From the NCBI GenBank assembly GCA_021513695.1, contig CP084166.1, positions 1,248,001-1,312,000 of the forward strand: DNA of 64,000 nt. The letters run 5' to 3'. This stretch comes from Candidatus Heimdallarchaeum aukensis (lineage in GTDB: Archaea > Asgardarchaeota > Heimdallarchaeia > Heimdallarchaeales > Heimdallarchaeaceae). The translations under genes were made by a program, and so were the position numbers. The notes below the pieces were generated by a model. That model searched no databases and was not told where the DNA came from. It was given only the letters and a program-made list of their open reading frames with translations. Positions 1-10,184 of the stretch are shown piece after piece (the first letter of the stretch is position 1; each line of letters opens with the position of its first letter).

Positions 1-1377
1 CTTCATAATTTGAATTACCTGGATTTCCAGTGTTATCATATACTATTACAGTCATTGAATAATTACCGTCTGCTAACTGATAAGTATTGAACTCTAATGT
101 CCATTTTTTAGTATCTGTGTTATATGTAGCGTCTATATCTCCATCTATTAGTTCAAATGAGAAAGTATGACCAGTTAGATTCATAAATACTAAGTCAAAG
201 TATTTCTCATTTATTCCTGATGGGTCTGAAGCATATACTTCAATTGTAATAGTTGCAGACAAATCCCAAGATTCATTTGCGGGAGTAATTATGGTGACTG
301 TTGGCCCATTATTATCTTCTAAATTAAATGATCTTCCAGCGATGTTTACATTACCTGCTTCATCCACAACACGTAAAGTGAAAGTATATTGATCTTCAGG
401 AAGAGTGGACGTTTCTGTTCCAGACATAATATACTCTCTTGTAGTTTTTGTTATTCCCTCAATTGTTGAACCTGCAGAAGGATAGATATCTCCTTCTATA
501 ATTAATTCTTGGAGATATAACCCTGCCCCATCGATGGTAAGAACCCAAGACACGTTTACTGCTTGACCTTGATTTACTGTTATAATACCTGATGTTGTAT
601 CATTTAGATATAAAGTTATTCCTATTGCATTGTTATCAATACCAAATAAATAGGTCTGCTCTATTGACTGATTTAGTGTATCATTTGTCTTAAATACTAA
701 TTTATAGTTATTGTCATCTGGATATAGACTAGTATTGATGTTTTGAGTTATATCTTGGTCTAGAGCAATTGCTGTATCATCAGGATAATAGAAATCATAA
801 GTTACTGCAGAAGCTTTAAATCCTCCTGTAGATACTGCTTGAGGATCAAGTATTCCACTTGTCCAACTATTATTTACTGGATTGATAACTGTTAAACTTA
901 ATGGCTCAATAGTATTAACATACTTTAAGTTATCTTCAGCAAGAACAAAAGAACCATCAATTAGTGTTACTCTTATACGGAAAGTATTATCTCCTAATCG
1001 TATTAGAGGAACAGGGTTGAACGATATTGCGATGTCAATACGCTCGGAGACATCTACTTCTAATGGATAAACAGCCCCGACCAGCGTTGAACTATTAACA
1101 TAAGCATTACTATATTCAACATTTTGTATTGTAATGTTTATCTTGGAAATAACCGCTTGAGCTGTTCCAGTATTTTGCAATGTTATATAAGTTATATCTA
1201 CTGCATCATCAGAATCAGTATCAAACCATTGAGCAGTAATGATAGAAATAGATGCGCTTCCTTGTATCATTGGAACTACTAAGAAATAAACTAGAGAACC
1301 AGATACAACTACCAAACTAATAAGTAAAATTGTTGCAATGACAGGGGAAACAGCTTTTCTTCTCTTTAATAATTTTA
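1..1377 (-). CDS. Large surface protein with archaeal class III (type IV pilin-like) signal peptide. Partial: the C-terminus lies beyond the window start.
   Basis: Minus-strand ORF open to position 1. N-terminus reads LKLIKLLKRRKAVSPVIATILLISLVVVSG, matching the K/R-A/G-x-S-P-V-I-A-T prepilin-peptidase (PibD/FlaK) motif. TTG start at 1377-1375, preceded by GGAGGT 7 nt upstream and an in-frame TAA two codons upstream. Downstream is Thr/Asn/Ser-rich with an Ig-like/adhesin flavour. Absent from the ORF track, presumably because of the TTG start and truncation. Confidence 0.6.
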
Positions 1378-1528
1378 TAAGCTTCAATTTTATTTACCTC
1401 TTTCTACACAATATTTTTCTCTACCTATATGATTTATTTTAATCTATATATATTTTAGCCTAATCTAGAAATACTAATAACTAGTTTATTATTAATCCTT
1501 ATAAGGAGTATTTTCGTGCTAGTACACA

Positions 1529-2293
1529 ATGAAAAATGAAAGCTTTTTTCCTACTATTCAATCAGCAATAGACTATGATAATTTTATCAATTGGGAAATT
1601 AGATTGAAAAGAGAAATTCCCTTTCTTTTGCAATATTTAAGAAAGAGAACTATACTAGATATCGCTTGTGGCTCTGGAAGACATGCTATTGCTCTTTCAG
1701 AGAAAGGATTTAGAGTAGTGGGAATAGATTATTCGACTAATATTATCAAAATTGCTAAAGAAATTTCAAGAAATGCAAATAATGTTGCGTTTTTTGTTAT
1801 AGATGCTACAAATCAAAAATTAAAAGAATTTTTTATAAGTAAAGAGTATAAAACCTTTGATAACGCAATAATTTTGGGAAACTCTATTGCGAATATGGGG
1901 AGTTTAGAAAAAGCAAAAAAGGTTATTGAGAATATACATAGTATTTTGGAAAACAAAGGTAGATTTATTGCGCAAACTATAAACAAACCTAAAAAGCCAT
2001 ATTTTTTACCTTTAAGGAAACTTGAAAGAGGTATAATGCAGAGAGTAATGTTTCCTGTTTCAAATAACCAAGATGAGCATAATATTGAGTTACACTTTAA
2101 ACTGATTGATACATCAAACCTTACTTATTTAGAAACAAAGATAGACAAACTGTACATGTTTTCTGCTAAAGAATTCGAAGACTTAGTAATTAAAATAGGG
2201 TTCAAACTTATCAAAAAATTTGGAGGTTTTAATTTCGAGCCTTTCTCTTCTGGTGAAACTAAAACTGTTGTTTGGGTCTTTGAAAAAATTTAG
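1529..2293 (+). CDS. Class I SAM-dependent methyltransferase
   Basis: Motif I ILDIACGSGRHAIALSEKGFRVVGIDYS (GxGxG plus acidic residue), 254 aa. Confidence 0.7.
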   Translation: MKNESFFPTIQSAIDYDNFINWEIRLKREIPFLLQYLRKRTILDIACGSGRHAIALSEKGFRVVGIDYSTNIIKIAKEISRNANNVAFFVIDATNQKLKEFFISKEYKTFDNAIILGNSIANMGSLEKAKKVIENIHSILENKGRFIAQTINKPKKPYFLPLRKLERGIMQRVMFPVSNNQDEHNIELHFKLIDTSNLTYLETKIDKLYMFSAKEFEDLVIKIGFKLIKKFGGFNFEPFSSGETKTVVWVFEKI

Positions 2294-2350
2294 TTAATAG
2301 TCGAATCAATTAACTTAAAAGACCATCTAAATTTATTCAATTGAAAAAAA

Positions 2351-3001
2351 ATGACTCAAGAAAAAAAAGTTTCTGTAAAGAAAAAAGCTTATGTTTTGAA
2401 CGATGAGCTTGCTGATAAAATTCGTCAAGAAATGAAAGCCAAAAATAAGCGATTTTTCAACATAATGGGTTCTATTGGAGCTGGAAAAACAGCTATTCTT
2501 GAACAATTAGCTGAAAAGTTATCTAAAAAATATAGAGTCTTTGTTATTAACGGAGATGTAGCAACCACAATTGATGCAGATAGAATTGCTGAACATGGAG
2601 CAAAAACTGTTCAAATTAACACTGGAGGAGGTTGTCATCTTAACGCTCAACTTATCCAAAATGAACTTTCTAAAATCAATATTGATGATTATGATATTTT
2701 CTTTGCTGAAAATGTGGGCAATCTAATTTGTCCTGCTAATTGGGATGTTGGCGCTGAACTAAATATAGTTGTAGTAAGCATTACAGAAGGACAATATGTT
2801 GTTAAAAAGCACCCTATCATGTTTAAAGGAGCTGATATTGCCCTAATTAACAAATGTGATCTCAACATTCCTGGATTCGATGCTGATGCTCTTGTAAAAG
2901 ACTGTTCAATGATTAAATCAGATATGAAGGTTCTCAAAACTAGCGCTGTGACAGGAGAAGGAATAGAAGAATTAATAGCCACTTTAGGTATAGAATTGTA
3001 A
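2351..3001 (+). CDS. hypB: Hydrogenase nickel-incorporation GTPase HypB
   Basis: GSIGAGKTAILE P-loop, TGGGCHLNA, ENVGNLICPA, INKCDL; full-length HypB architecture. Confidence 0.9.
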   Translation: MTQEKKVSVKKKAYVLNDELADKIRQEMKAKNKRFFNIMGSIGAGKTAILEQLAEKLSKKYRVFVINGDVATTIDADRIAEHGAKTVQINTGGGCHLNAQLIQNELSKINIDDYDIFFAENVGNLICPANWDVGAELNIVVVSITEGQYVVKKHPIMFKGADIALINKCDLNIPGFDADALVKDCSMIKSDMKVLKTSAVTGEGIEELIATLGIEL

Positions 3002-3014
3002 AGGGATAATATAA

Positions 3015-3431
3015 ATGCATGAATATAGTTTAGCTTCAGCAATTGTTGACCAAGTTGAGCAAATAGCTCTAGAACATAAAGCTGTAAGAGTAAAAAAAAT
3101 CATTGTTTCAGCTAGTCCTTACGAGCTTATTATTCCTGAACTTCTGTATGGAGCTTATGAAATCATTATTTCAGAACGTGATATGTTTAAAGGCTCTACT
3201 TTAGAGTACAAAGTACAAAAAGCTGAAATTACTTGTTTAGATTGTGGATACCAAGGAGAACCTGATGAAGAAGGAGACCCTGAATTCGCATATAATTTTA
3301 AATGTCCAAAATGTGGGGGAAGAGATACACACATTAATATGAAGAGTATGGTTATCGAATCCATTGATTTAGAAATTCCCTCTAAAAATGAAGAAGAGAA
3401 GAAGGAAGAAGTTACTAATTTAAATCAATAA
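3015..3431 (+). CDS. hypA: Hydrogenase maturation nickel metallochaperone HypA
   Basis: MHEYSLA N-terminus (His2 Ni site), CxxC...CxxC zinc motif (CLDCG ... CPKCGG); immediately downstream of hypB. Confidence 0.85.
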   Translation: MHEYSLASAIVDQVEQIALEHKAVRVKKIIVSASPYELIIPELLYGAYEIIISERDMFKGSTLEYKVQKAEITCLDCGYQGEPDEEGDPEFAYNFKCPKCGGRDTHINMKSMVIESIDLEIPSKNEEEKKEEVTNLNQ

Positions 3432-4185
3432 AACGCAAAATTGCTTTTGCAGGAGTTGTTACTTCCTCATAAAGTTCAATTTTTTCTTTTTTTATAAAAT
3501 AATCTAAAGATTGCATTACTTTTACGTGAATTTCCAGAGGAACATTCCAAAATCTGGAAAGAGATTGACTTTTTATAATCTTGTAAATTTTTTCTAACTT
3601 TATTTTAGCTCTAATTTCTTTATTTTTTATAACTTGATTTCCCCACTTTTCGAGTTCTTTTTCTACCTTATCGAGAGAATTTGAAGGTGTAAAATAATTA
3701 TTTTTTTCCAATTCATTCACATAATAGGAAACAATAATGTTATCATACAAGCTTGTATAAAGATCTCCAATACATACATTTTTTGAAACTGACTTTAATT
3801 GTGTATAAAACTTCGTGATTGGCTTAACAAACTGGATTGTGTGTATCATTGAAACCAAGTCAAAAGAATGGCTAAAAGGTATTTCTAAAGCATTAGCTAC
3901 ACAAGTATAAACAGATCTATTTCTTTGTTTAGCAACTTTTAGCATTTCTTTATTTATATCAATTCCGTACAATTCTACATTTTTTGACCAAAGAGAAAGT
4001 TCTGCTCTTCCTGTTCCTATTCCAATACTTAACAAAGAATATCTTTTCTTTTCTGCACAATTAGTTCTCAGATAATTAATAACCTCATTTCTAAAAAAAA
4101 GTAAAAGTTCTTCTGGTACAGGACGAGTTTCGTCATACACAGACGCTAGATGACTAAATTTATGTAAATTCATTTCATTTCCCAA
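3415..4185 (-). CDS. SAM-dependent methyltransferase (class I)
   Basis: LLSIGIGTGRAELSL ... YGIDINKEML motif I/II; overlaps the downstream peptidase gene by 16 nt. Confidence 0.6.
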   Translation of the reverse strand: MGNEMNLHKFSHLASVYDETRPVPEELLLFFRNEVINYLRTNCAEKKRYSLLSIGIGTGRAELSLWSKNVELYGIDINKEMLKVAKQRNRSVYTCVANALEIPFSHSFDLVSMIHTIQFVKPITKFYTQLKSVSKNVCIGDLYTSLYDNIIVSYYVNELEKNNYFTPSNSLDKVEKELEKWGNQVIKNKEIRAKIKLEKIYKIIKSQSLSRFWNVPLEIHVKVMQSLDYFIKKEKIELYEEVTTPAKAILRFIDLN

Positions 4186-5264
4186 AAAATACGGTCAAAT
4201 TCGTAGATCCTTTCACTTTTATCCTTTCTCACTATCAAATCATCCTCGATTCTTATACCAAATTTTCCCGGTAAATAAATTCCAGGTTCATCAGTATGTA
4301 CATTCCCTGCAACTAGTGGCTGTTTATTTCCTTTAACAATATATGGATGTTCATGTATTTCTAATCCTAATCCATGCCCAAGCCTATGAGTGAAATATTT
4401 TCCATATCCTTTCTCGTCTATAATTTTTCTTGCTTCAAAATCAACTTGCTCTGCAGGAACCCCTTCTCTGGATGCGTCTAATGCTTTATCATTTGCTTTT
4501 TGAACTATAGCGTATATTTCTAAAAACTTACTAGAAGGCTTAGAAAATGTAGTAGTTATAGTAATATCAGAGAAATATCTATCACAACTTGTTCCAGAAT
4601 CGATTAATATAACTGAATCTTCTCTTAGTCTCTTACTTGATGCACTACTATGAGGAATAGCGCTGTTTTCGTCAAATTGAATCAATGCCCAACTTGGTTC
4701 TCTAGAGATTTCGCTCATTGTTTTTATAAGTTTGTTTTGAACTTCAACTTCTGTCATTCCAGTTTCTATTTCATTTAAAATAACTTTTACAGCTTTAATA
4801 GTAAATTCAGAAGCTCTTCTGATTCTTTCTATCTCTGCCTCAGTTTTTCTTCCTCTCACTTTATTAAATATCGTTGCAGCATTAAGAAAGTCTGAATTTG
4901 GGAATATTTCCTTAAATTTGAGAAAATTCTCAAAACGAGTAGTAGATTCAAGTGAAATCGTCTTTGGAGTGAAATCTAGTGATTCCTTTAATTTCAAATA
5001 TGGATCCTCATCTTCTTTCCAACCCACTACATTCTTTATATTTGTAGAATTTTGCATGCGTTCTACTTCAAATTCAGGTGCAATAAGTAATGGTTCTTCA
5101 TCTAGAAGAATTGCAGCACAGATCAATCTCTCTCGCATATCTAAAAATCCTTTAAACAGATAACCGAAGTTCACAGAAGGCGTTAATAGAATCAAATCAA
5201 CATTTTCCTTTTCCATTAATCTTTTAGTTTGTTCTAATCTTTTTCTATAATTTAGAGGTTGCAC
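4170..5264 (-). CDS. M24 family Xaa-Pro aminopeptidase/dipeptidase
   Basis: Pita-bread fold metal ligands: HRLGHGLGLEIHE, GIRIEDDLIV, DSGTSCDRYFSDITIT; N-terminal creatinase-like domain. Confidence 0.8.
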   Translation of the reverse strand: MQPLNYRKRLEQTKRLMEKENVDLILLTPSVNFGYLFKGFLDMRERLICAAILLDEEPLLIAPEFEVERMQNSTNIKNVVGWKEDEDPYLKLKESLDFTPKTISLESTTRFENFLKFKEIFPNSDFLNAATIFNKVRGRKTEAEIERIRRASEFTIKAVKVILNEIETGMTEVEVQNKLIKTMSEISREPSWALIQFDENSAIPHSSASSKRLREDSVILIDSGTSCDRYFSDITITTTFSKPSSKFLEIYAIVQKANDKALDASREGVPAEQVDFEARKIIDEKGYGKYFTHRLGHGLGLEIHEHPYIVKGNKQPLVAGNVHTDEPGIYLPGKFGIRIEDDLIVRKDKSERIYEFDRIFWEMK

Positions 5265-5347
5265 AATCAGAAATAAAAATTTGTTCTAAAAAATCTTTCC
5301 TCTAACAAACTAGTATCTATTTAACCTAGATCAATTATAATATAGAA

Positions 5348-5932
5348 TCAAAAAATTTCTCCTTTTTCTTTCAAAAAAGATTCCACCTCATTTAAGAATG
5401 ACTCTAGTTTATCACTAACACTCATTTCCTTGGCTTTTTCTTTAAGTTCTTCTTTATTTATAATCTCCATGTTTCTTATATAAACGGCGAGAGCATCCTC
5501 ATAATCTTGCTCGGAACCATACTTTAATTTAAAGAGAACGATATTTTGTGGATTGTCAATTTTAATACTAATCCCGTCATATAGTCCAACAATAGATTTA
5601 TCAATGCTTTCTCTCTCCAAAGCTGTGTATACACCCTTAATATCTATTCTAAACATACCATCTTTGTAAAAAATACTACAATGAGTCTGTTCATCAAATC
5701 CCTCAAAATCTTTCAATGTTGCATCGAAATTATTGCTTTTCAAAAAATTGACGAAATCTTCTCTGTCTAGTTTTGTATGATCGACAATAATATCAATATC
5801 CATTGTTAATCGGGATCTTCCAAGAATCAAAACAGAGACACCGCCTACTATTACATATGGAACATTACGTGAGTTGAAATACTCAACTAAGACTTTCAAA
5901 CTTTCTGATATTGGATCATTCAATCTAATCAT
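5348..5932 (-). CDS. Nucleotidyltransferase-fold protein (minimal NTase)
   Basis: VIVGGVSVLILGRSRLTMDIDIIV resembles the GG...G..R.T.DxD signature of pol-beta-superfamily minimal nucleotidyltransferases. Confidence 0.4.
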   Translation of the reverse strand: MIRLNDPISESLKVLVEYFNSRNVPYVIVGGVSVLILGRSRLTMDIDIIVDHTKLDREDFVNFLKSNNFDATLKDFEGFDEQTHCSIFYKDGMFRIDIKGVYTALERESIDKSIVGLYDGISIKIDNPQNIVLFKLKYGSEQDYEDALAVYIRNMEIINKEELKEKAKEMSVSDKLESFLNEVESFLKEKGEIF

Positions 5933-6110
5933 CCTTTGAATTGTTTTCTATAATTTTGGTTTTCTTTAAAGATAAGGCAAATTTAATGAAATTCGATGCT
6001 TCTTTAGTAAGCTGTTCTACTGTAAAATTTCTAGCACGATAAGCTGCTTCCATTACTTCTTTTCTTCGTTGCTTTACTCTTTTTTCATTTGGTTTTAGCG
6101 AAGTTTTCAT
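5925..6110 (-). CDS. Small basic protein overlapping the NTase gene; possible antitoxin/regulator partner
   Basis: 61-aa ORF whose stop overlaps the start of the 5348-5932 gene by 8 nt (translational coupling geometry). No recognisable motif. Confidence 0.25.
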   Translation of the reverse strand: MKTSLKPNEKRVKQRRKEVMEAAYRARNFTVEQLTKEASNFIKFALSLKKTKIIENNSKDD

Positions 6111-6222
6111 TAATTACAAATAGTTTTTTCACTAAATAAATGTTCGTTTGTTTATACCCACTAATTAAATTTTTATATCTAACTAGCAAAAAATTTATTG
6201 AGTTCTAAACCAAATTTAAATT

Positions 6223-8523
6223 ATGTATCTATCATTTTTTTATTCGCAACAAAAAACTAGGCCTTTCACAAAGTTCGTAGAGATAGAACTTGAGAGAGAT
6301 GAGCTGTATAAAGCATTCACTGAACTGGATGAACCTGAAGAGATAAGTAAAAAGTGGATTGTTTTTGCTGAAGATTGTTCAAAACATTTGGCATCAATAA
6401 ACAGTTTAGCTTCCATGGCTTTTGAAAGATTATCAGAAGCTTATTCAGTTGATGAAGATGAAGACGAATCTGTTCTTCCTTTACATAGATTGCTTTATGG
6501 TTCAATTGCCAATCAAATGCTTTCTTTAACCCAATTTCAGCTAAAACTTGGAGTTCTTATATACATTTACTCTCAAGTAAGAAATCGTGGAGTTTTCTCA
6601 TATGCGCCTGAGGATTATCAATACTATTATTATATTCAAGCAAAGGAAACTTTGGACGATGTATTGTATAGAATTATGGAAAAGAAACTTCCTGAGCCCG
6701 CAGAAGAAGGATTTACCCCCACTCCTACAGTAAATGATATGATGAATATAATGTTTCCCTTACTAAAACTAGAGCAGAGAAAAAGGTTAATTCCAATTCT
6801 AAAACAAATCCCTGATCATGACAAAAATCCATTAATTATTAAAAAAATAGGTGACTATGACAGATTACAAGGTATAACTTTAATGTCAAACATTATAGAA
6901 ATTATGGAAAATTCTGCTGTTGATTTCTGGTGGAAAGACCCTATTTCCACCCTTTCAATATTAGATCATGCTTTAGAGCATTTTAATTTAGTAGTAGAGC
7001 TCTGGAAGGAACAACCAGGAGAACTCACTGCTCTAGCTTCAAGAATAGAACAGGATTATATCCCAATTGTTTACGGTTCTCGTTTTATTACACAATCACA
7101 GCATTTTGTTTCGTTAGCAGAAAGTGCGCTGGAGTCATTTGATATCGACTATGCATCCAAATATTATGACCAAGCAATGAAAAAACTTGAAGAAGCTAAA
7201 GAATATTTATTTAAATCTAATAACATTTTAGCAAACCAGCTTTATGAAACAATAAAAAATCAAGAACAAGAAGTTCAAATAATTAGTACGTTAACTAAAC
7301 TTTCTAATTTATTCTCTTTAATTATGAATGATTTAGTTATAGAAAACAAGGAAAAAGCAATTGAATTATGCGATAAAATTAACCAACTAATAAAACTACT
7401 AGAATCTTCTATTCCTATTCCTTATCTATATGGAATTTCAGTTAGTTATGCAGCAGCAGCTTCAGCACTAGTTAAAGTGGTTGAACAAGATGTTTCTTAC
7501 TTAAATATCATAGATCGTTTTATGAGTCAATTTTCTTTTCCTCTCAATTCAATGAAAGAAGCAATTGCAAATATTAACTTGAATTCAATTCGCATAAATG
7601 ACAACAATCCCAGATTAAGCTACTCCTTTCTTCGTGAAATCGAAGAAAATCTCAAATACCTGAAGAAAGCTGTAGAAATGCTTCCTAAATTTCTTAATGA
7701 AAAAGTACTTCAACAAAAGAAAATCAGTGCGATATTATATTATGTAAGATCATACATTGCAGAAAACAAGATTTACATTTATGCTGATAATAACATCGTA
7801 TTAGATTTAATTCTAAGAGCTAGAGCTCATTACTTTGCAAAGAAAGCAGAGCAGCAAATTGCAGATACTGATGAAAAAGAGCTTCTAAGTCTAATTAAAA
7901 ACAGAATCTTAGAAACAAAATCTTCTGGAATTGTTACTGAAACAAATCTTTTGTCTTTAGGATTACAAACAGCTTATAGTAAAACAGTTAGAGATGTTAT
8001 TGAACAAATTCTTTTGTTTTATGACCAAATTGAAAAGCCACCTGAATTCATCTTAGAATCCGTGAAAAACCAGTTTGAAAGTATGACAGAGTTTAAAGAG
8101 TTACTTAACTTAATGGAGCTTGACAACAAGGAACTACTTGCTTTACGTCAAGAAATCACCCTTAAAGGACACGAGATCAATTGGGTTTTTGTTGAGAGAA
8201 GAGAAAGTTTTATTCCAGCAACCAAAAAAATGTTTACAACCATAGAATCTGTGCTTTTAGGAGAACTAGCTGCAGATATGGGAAAGAGAGATGATGCAAT
8301 TAATTACTATACAAAAGCAAAAAAGAATCTATATGAGATAAGTGATATATTAAGCAAAGTAGCGAAATACATTGAAGATAACAAAGAATTACCTAGCTTG
8401 ATCTATACTTTAGCTTTATTCACCCAAGAGAATTTAAATGCTATAAGAGACAGAAGAAAGAGAAATGAAGTTCCTTACAAAGAAATTGTAGGAATACTAG
8501 ATTATCTAATCCTTAACCTCTAA
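6223..8523 (+). CDS. Large all-alpha hypothetical protein (766 aa), first gene of an operon with a GTPase-roadblock gene
   Basis: Long ORF with uniform coding composition and no recognisable catalytic motif; ends 21 nt before the 8545 GTPase gene on the same strand. Confidence 0.5.
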   Translation: MYLSFFYSQQKTRPFTKFVEIELERDELYKAFTELDEPEEISKKWIVFAEDCSKHLASINSLASMAFERLSEAYSVDEDEDESVLPLHRLLYGSIANQMLSLTQFQLKLGVLIYIYSQVRNRGVFSYAPEDYQYYYYIQAKETLDDVLYRIMEKKLPEPAEEGFTPTPTVNDMMNIMFPLLKLEQRKRLIPILKQIPDHDKNPLIIKKIGDYDRLQGITLMSNIIEIMENSAVDFWWKDPISTLSILDHALEHFNLVVELWKEQPGELTALASRIEQDYIPIVYGSRFITQSQHFVSLAESALESFDIDYASKYYDQAMKKLEEAKEYLFKSNNILANQLYETIKNQEQEVQIISTLTKLSNLFSLIMNDLVIENKEKAIELCDKINQLIKLLESSIPIPYLYGISVSYAAAASALVKVVEQDVSYLNIIDRFMSQFSFPLNSMKEAIANINLNSIRINDNNPRLSYSFLREIEENLKYLKKAVEMLPKFLNEKVLQQKKISAILYYVRSYIAENKIYIYADNNIVLDLILRARAHYFAKKAEQQIADTDEKELLSLIKNRILETKSSGIVTETNLLSLGLQTAYSKTVRDVIEQILLFYDQIEKPPEFILESVKNQFESMTEFKELLNLMELDNKELLALRQEITLKGHEINWVFVERRESFIPATKKMFTTIESVLLGELAADMGKRDDAINYYTKAKKNLYEISDILSKVAKYIEDNKELPSLIYTLALFTQENLNAIRDRRKRNEVPYKEIVGILDYLILNL

Positions 8524-8544
8524 AATTTCGATGAATGTGATACT

Positions 8545-9456
8545 ATGAACAAAGAGCTGATCGTCAAAAGAAAAAATGTTCCAGTAAGTATTATTGGCTT
8601 AGAATATTCTGGTAAAACGACATTCCTTAACTGGCTGATTAAACAGCGATTTACTAGACCTAAACCTACTGTAGGTTATAACTTTGAAGTTCTTGAAGTT
8701 GCCAACATGCACATTAACATTTTTGATCTTTCTGGTCATGAAAAGTTTAGAGAAAATATTTGGAAAAACTTTGTTCAATCAAGTGTGGGTATAATCTTTT
8801 TTGTTGATTCTTCTGATAAAAATAAGCTTAAAAAATCAGCAGAGTGGTTCTGGAAAGTTATTAATGAGTGGTTACAAGAGATATATTCTGAATATGCTGT
8901 CTTGTTCATAGCCAACAAAGCAGATCTAAAAAATTCTTTGGATTTGGAAACAATAATAAAAACTTTTGACTTGTATAAAATGTCAAAGTATTCTAATATT
9001 TCTTTTCAAGTTTTTAAGACTTCAATAAAAGAAGAACTTAATATACAGATAGCTTTTCAATGGTTGGTAAACAAACTAAATTCCATTACAAAAAACCAAC
9101 ATGTAGACATTCATGCCTTAATTATCTCTGATAAATTTGCAAACACTTTATACTCATATGATCCTCATAACATTTCCTCTGACCATGAGTTATTATCTGG
9201 CTTTGTCAATGCAATTAGTAGTTTTAGCAACGAATTATTGGGTTATGAAAATCTCAAACTAGTTAGAATTGGTAAATATTATGTCCTTATTTCTCAAGAA
9301 CCTGATTATTCAGTTGCTATTTTTTCACAAAGTGAATCAAATCTCCCTGAAGCAAGAAGAGTAATCTATAACATACACAGAAAAATAAAAGAGGTACAAA
9401 AGAAGATACTTACTACAAAAGATTATCAAGAGATTGTCGAACAATTTATTTCTTAA
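8545..9456 (+). CDS. Arf/Sar1-family small GTPase fused to a C-terminal roadblock/longin-like domain
   Basis: G1 GLEYSGKTT, switch I PTVGYNFE, G3 FDLSGHEKFR (His in place of the catalytic Gln, as in Sar1/SR-beta), G4 ANKADL. The C-terminal ~120 aa show an alternating hydrophobic alpha/beta pattern (HALIISDKFANTLYSY ... KLVRIGKYYVLISQEPDYSVAIF) typical of roadblock/LC7. Confidence 0.75.
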   Translation: MNKELIVKRKNVPVSIIGLEYSGKTTFLNWLIKQRFTRPKPTVGYNFEVLEVANMHINIFDLSGHEKFRENIWKNFVQSSVGIIFFVDSSDKNKLKKSAEWFWKVINEWLQEIYSEYAVLFIANKADLKNSLDLETIIKTFDLYKMSKYSNISFQVFKTSIKEELNIQIAFQWLVNKLNSITKNQHVDIHALIISDKFANTLYSYDPHNISSDHELLSGFVNAISSFSNELLGYENLKLVRIGKYYVLISQEPDYSVAIFSQSESNLPEARRVIYNIHRKIKEVQKKILTTKDYQEIVEQFIS

Positions 9457-9531
9457 AGAAGTTTCTTCCAAAAGAATTATAAAGACTTTTAGAAATGAAA
9501 GATTAAAGTATATTGTATATCAAATGAGAGT

Positions 9532-10119
9532 GTGACGATTATGGAATGTAGATTTTGTAAACTACGAGATATAGAAAACGTTGAAAAAAATGTTTATCAC
9601 TGCAGTCATTGTGGTTACTCTTTTGAAGCGAGTAAGTGGGATATTTTCTACGATACACTTCTTCATATGCCTTTGTCTTCTTGGTTAGTTGCTAGTTTAC
9701 TCTGGGGAAGTGCAATGTTAACTGGAATTGTTTTTGGTGTTGGATTCAACAGTAAATCATTATCAATTACAACGTTGTTTTTGTATTTATATGGTATAAC
9801 AGCAGTTTTATATGGTGGGTCAAAGTCAGCTGACTATTTCCAAGCTTTATGGTTGTACTTCACTCAATGGATTAGAAGAAAAGATCCCCAATGGAATGAA
9901 ATCCTTGAAGAGATAAGAAAAAGAAGAAAAGAGAAGATGGCTAAAAAATCTACAGCATCAGTAGTAGCTACTTCTGGAACACACATAGAAACAGATATTA
10001 GGCCATCAGAGATGAGAATTCCTTACTTATCTGCTTCATTTAAAGCAGGACTTATCACTACGTTATTTGGTGTAATCTTTTCTATTGTTTACGGAGTCAT
10101 TTTTGCTTCTTCAATATAA
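9532..10119 (+). CDS. Membrane protein with N-terminal zinc ribbon
   Basis: CRFC ... CSHCGY zinc ribbon followed by about four predicted TM helices; 75 nt downstream of the GTPase gene. Confidence 0.45.
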   Translation: MTIMECRFCKLRDIENVEKNVYHCSHCGYSFEASKWDIFYDTLLHMPLSSWLVASLLWGSAMLTGIVFGVGFNSKSLSITTLFLYLYGITAVLYGGSKSADYFQALWLYFTQWIRRKDPQWNEILEEIRKRRKEKMAKKSTASVVATSGTHIETDIRPSEMRIPYLSASFKAGLITTLFGVIFSIVYGVIFASSI

Positions 10120-10184
10120 CTTCTTTAATCCTACTTTCTTTTTTTAACTAATTTTTTAAAAATAATTGAATGGAAAATAGGTTG

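Noticed and set aside
882-1070. 62-aa plus-strand ORF
   Set aside because: Lies antisense inside the minus-strand pilin-like gene; no start context; composition is that of the opposite strand's coding frame.
2689-3364. Minus-strand ORFs 2689-3042 and 3155-3364
   Set aside because: Antisense to the well-supported hypB and hypA genes.
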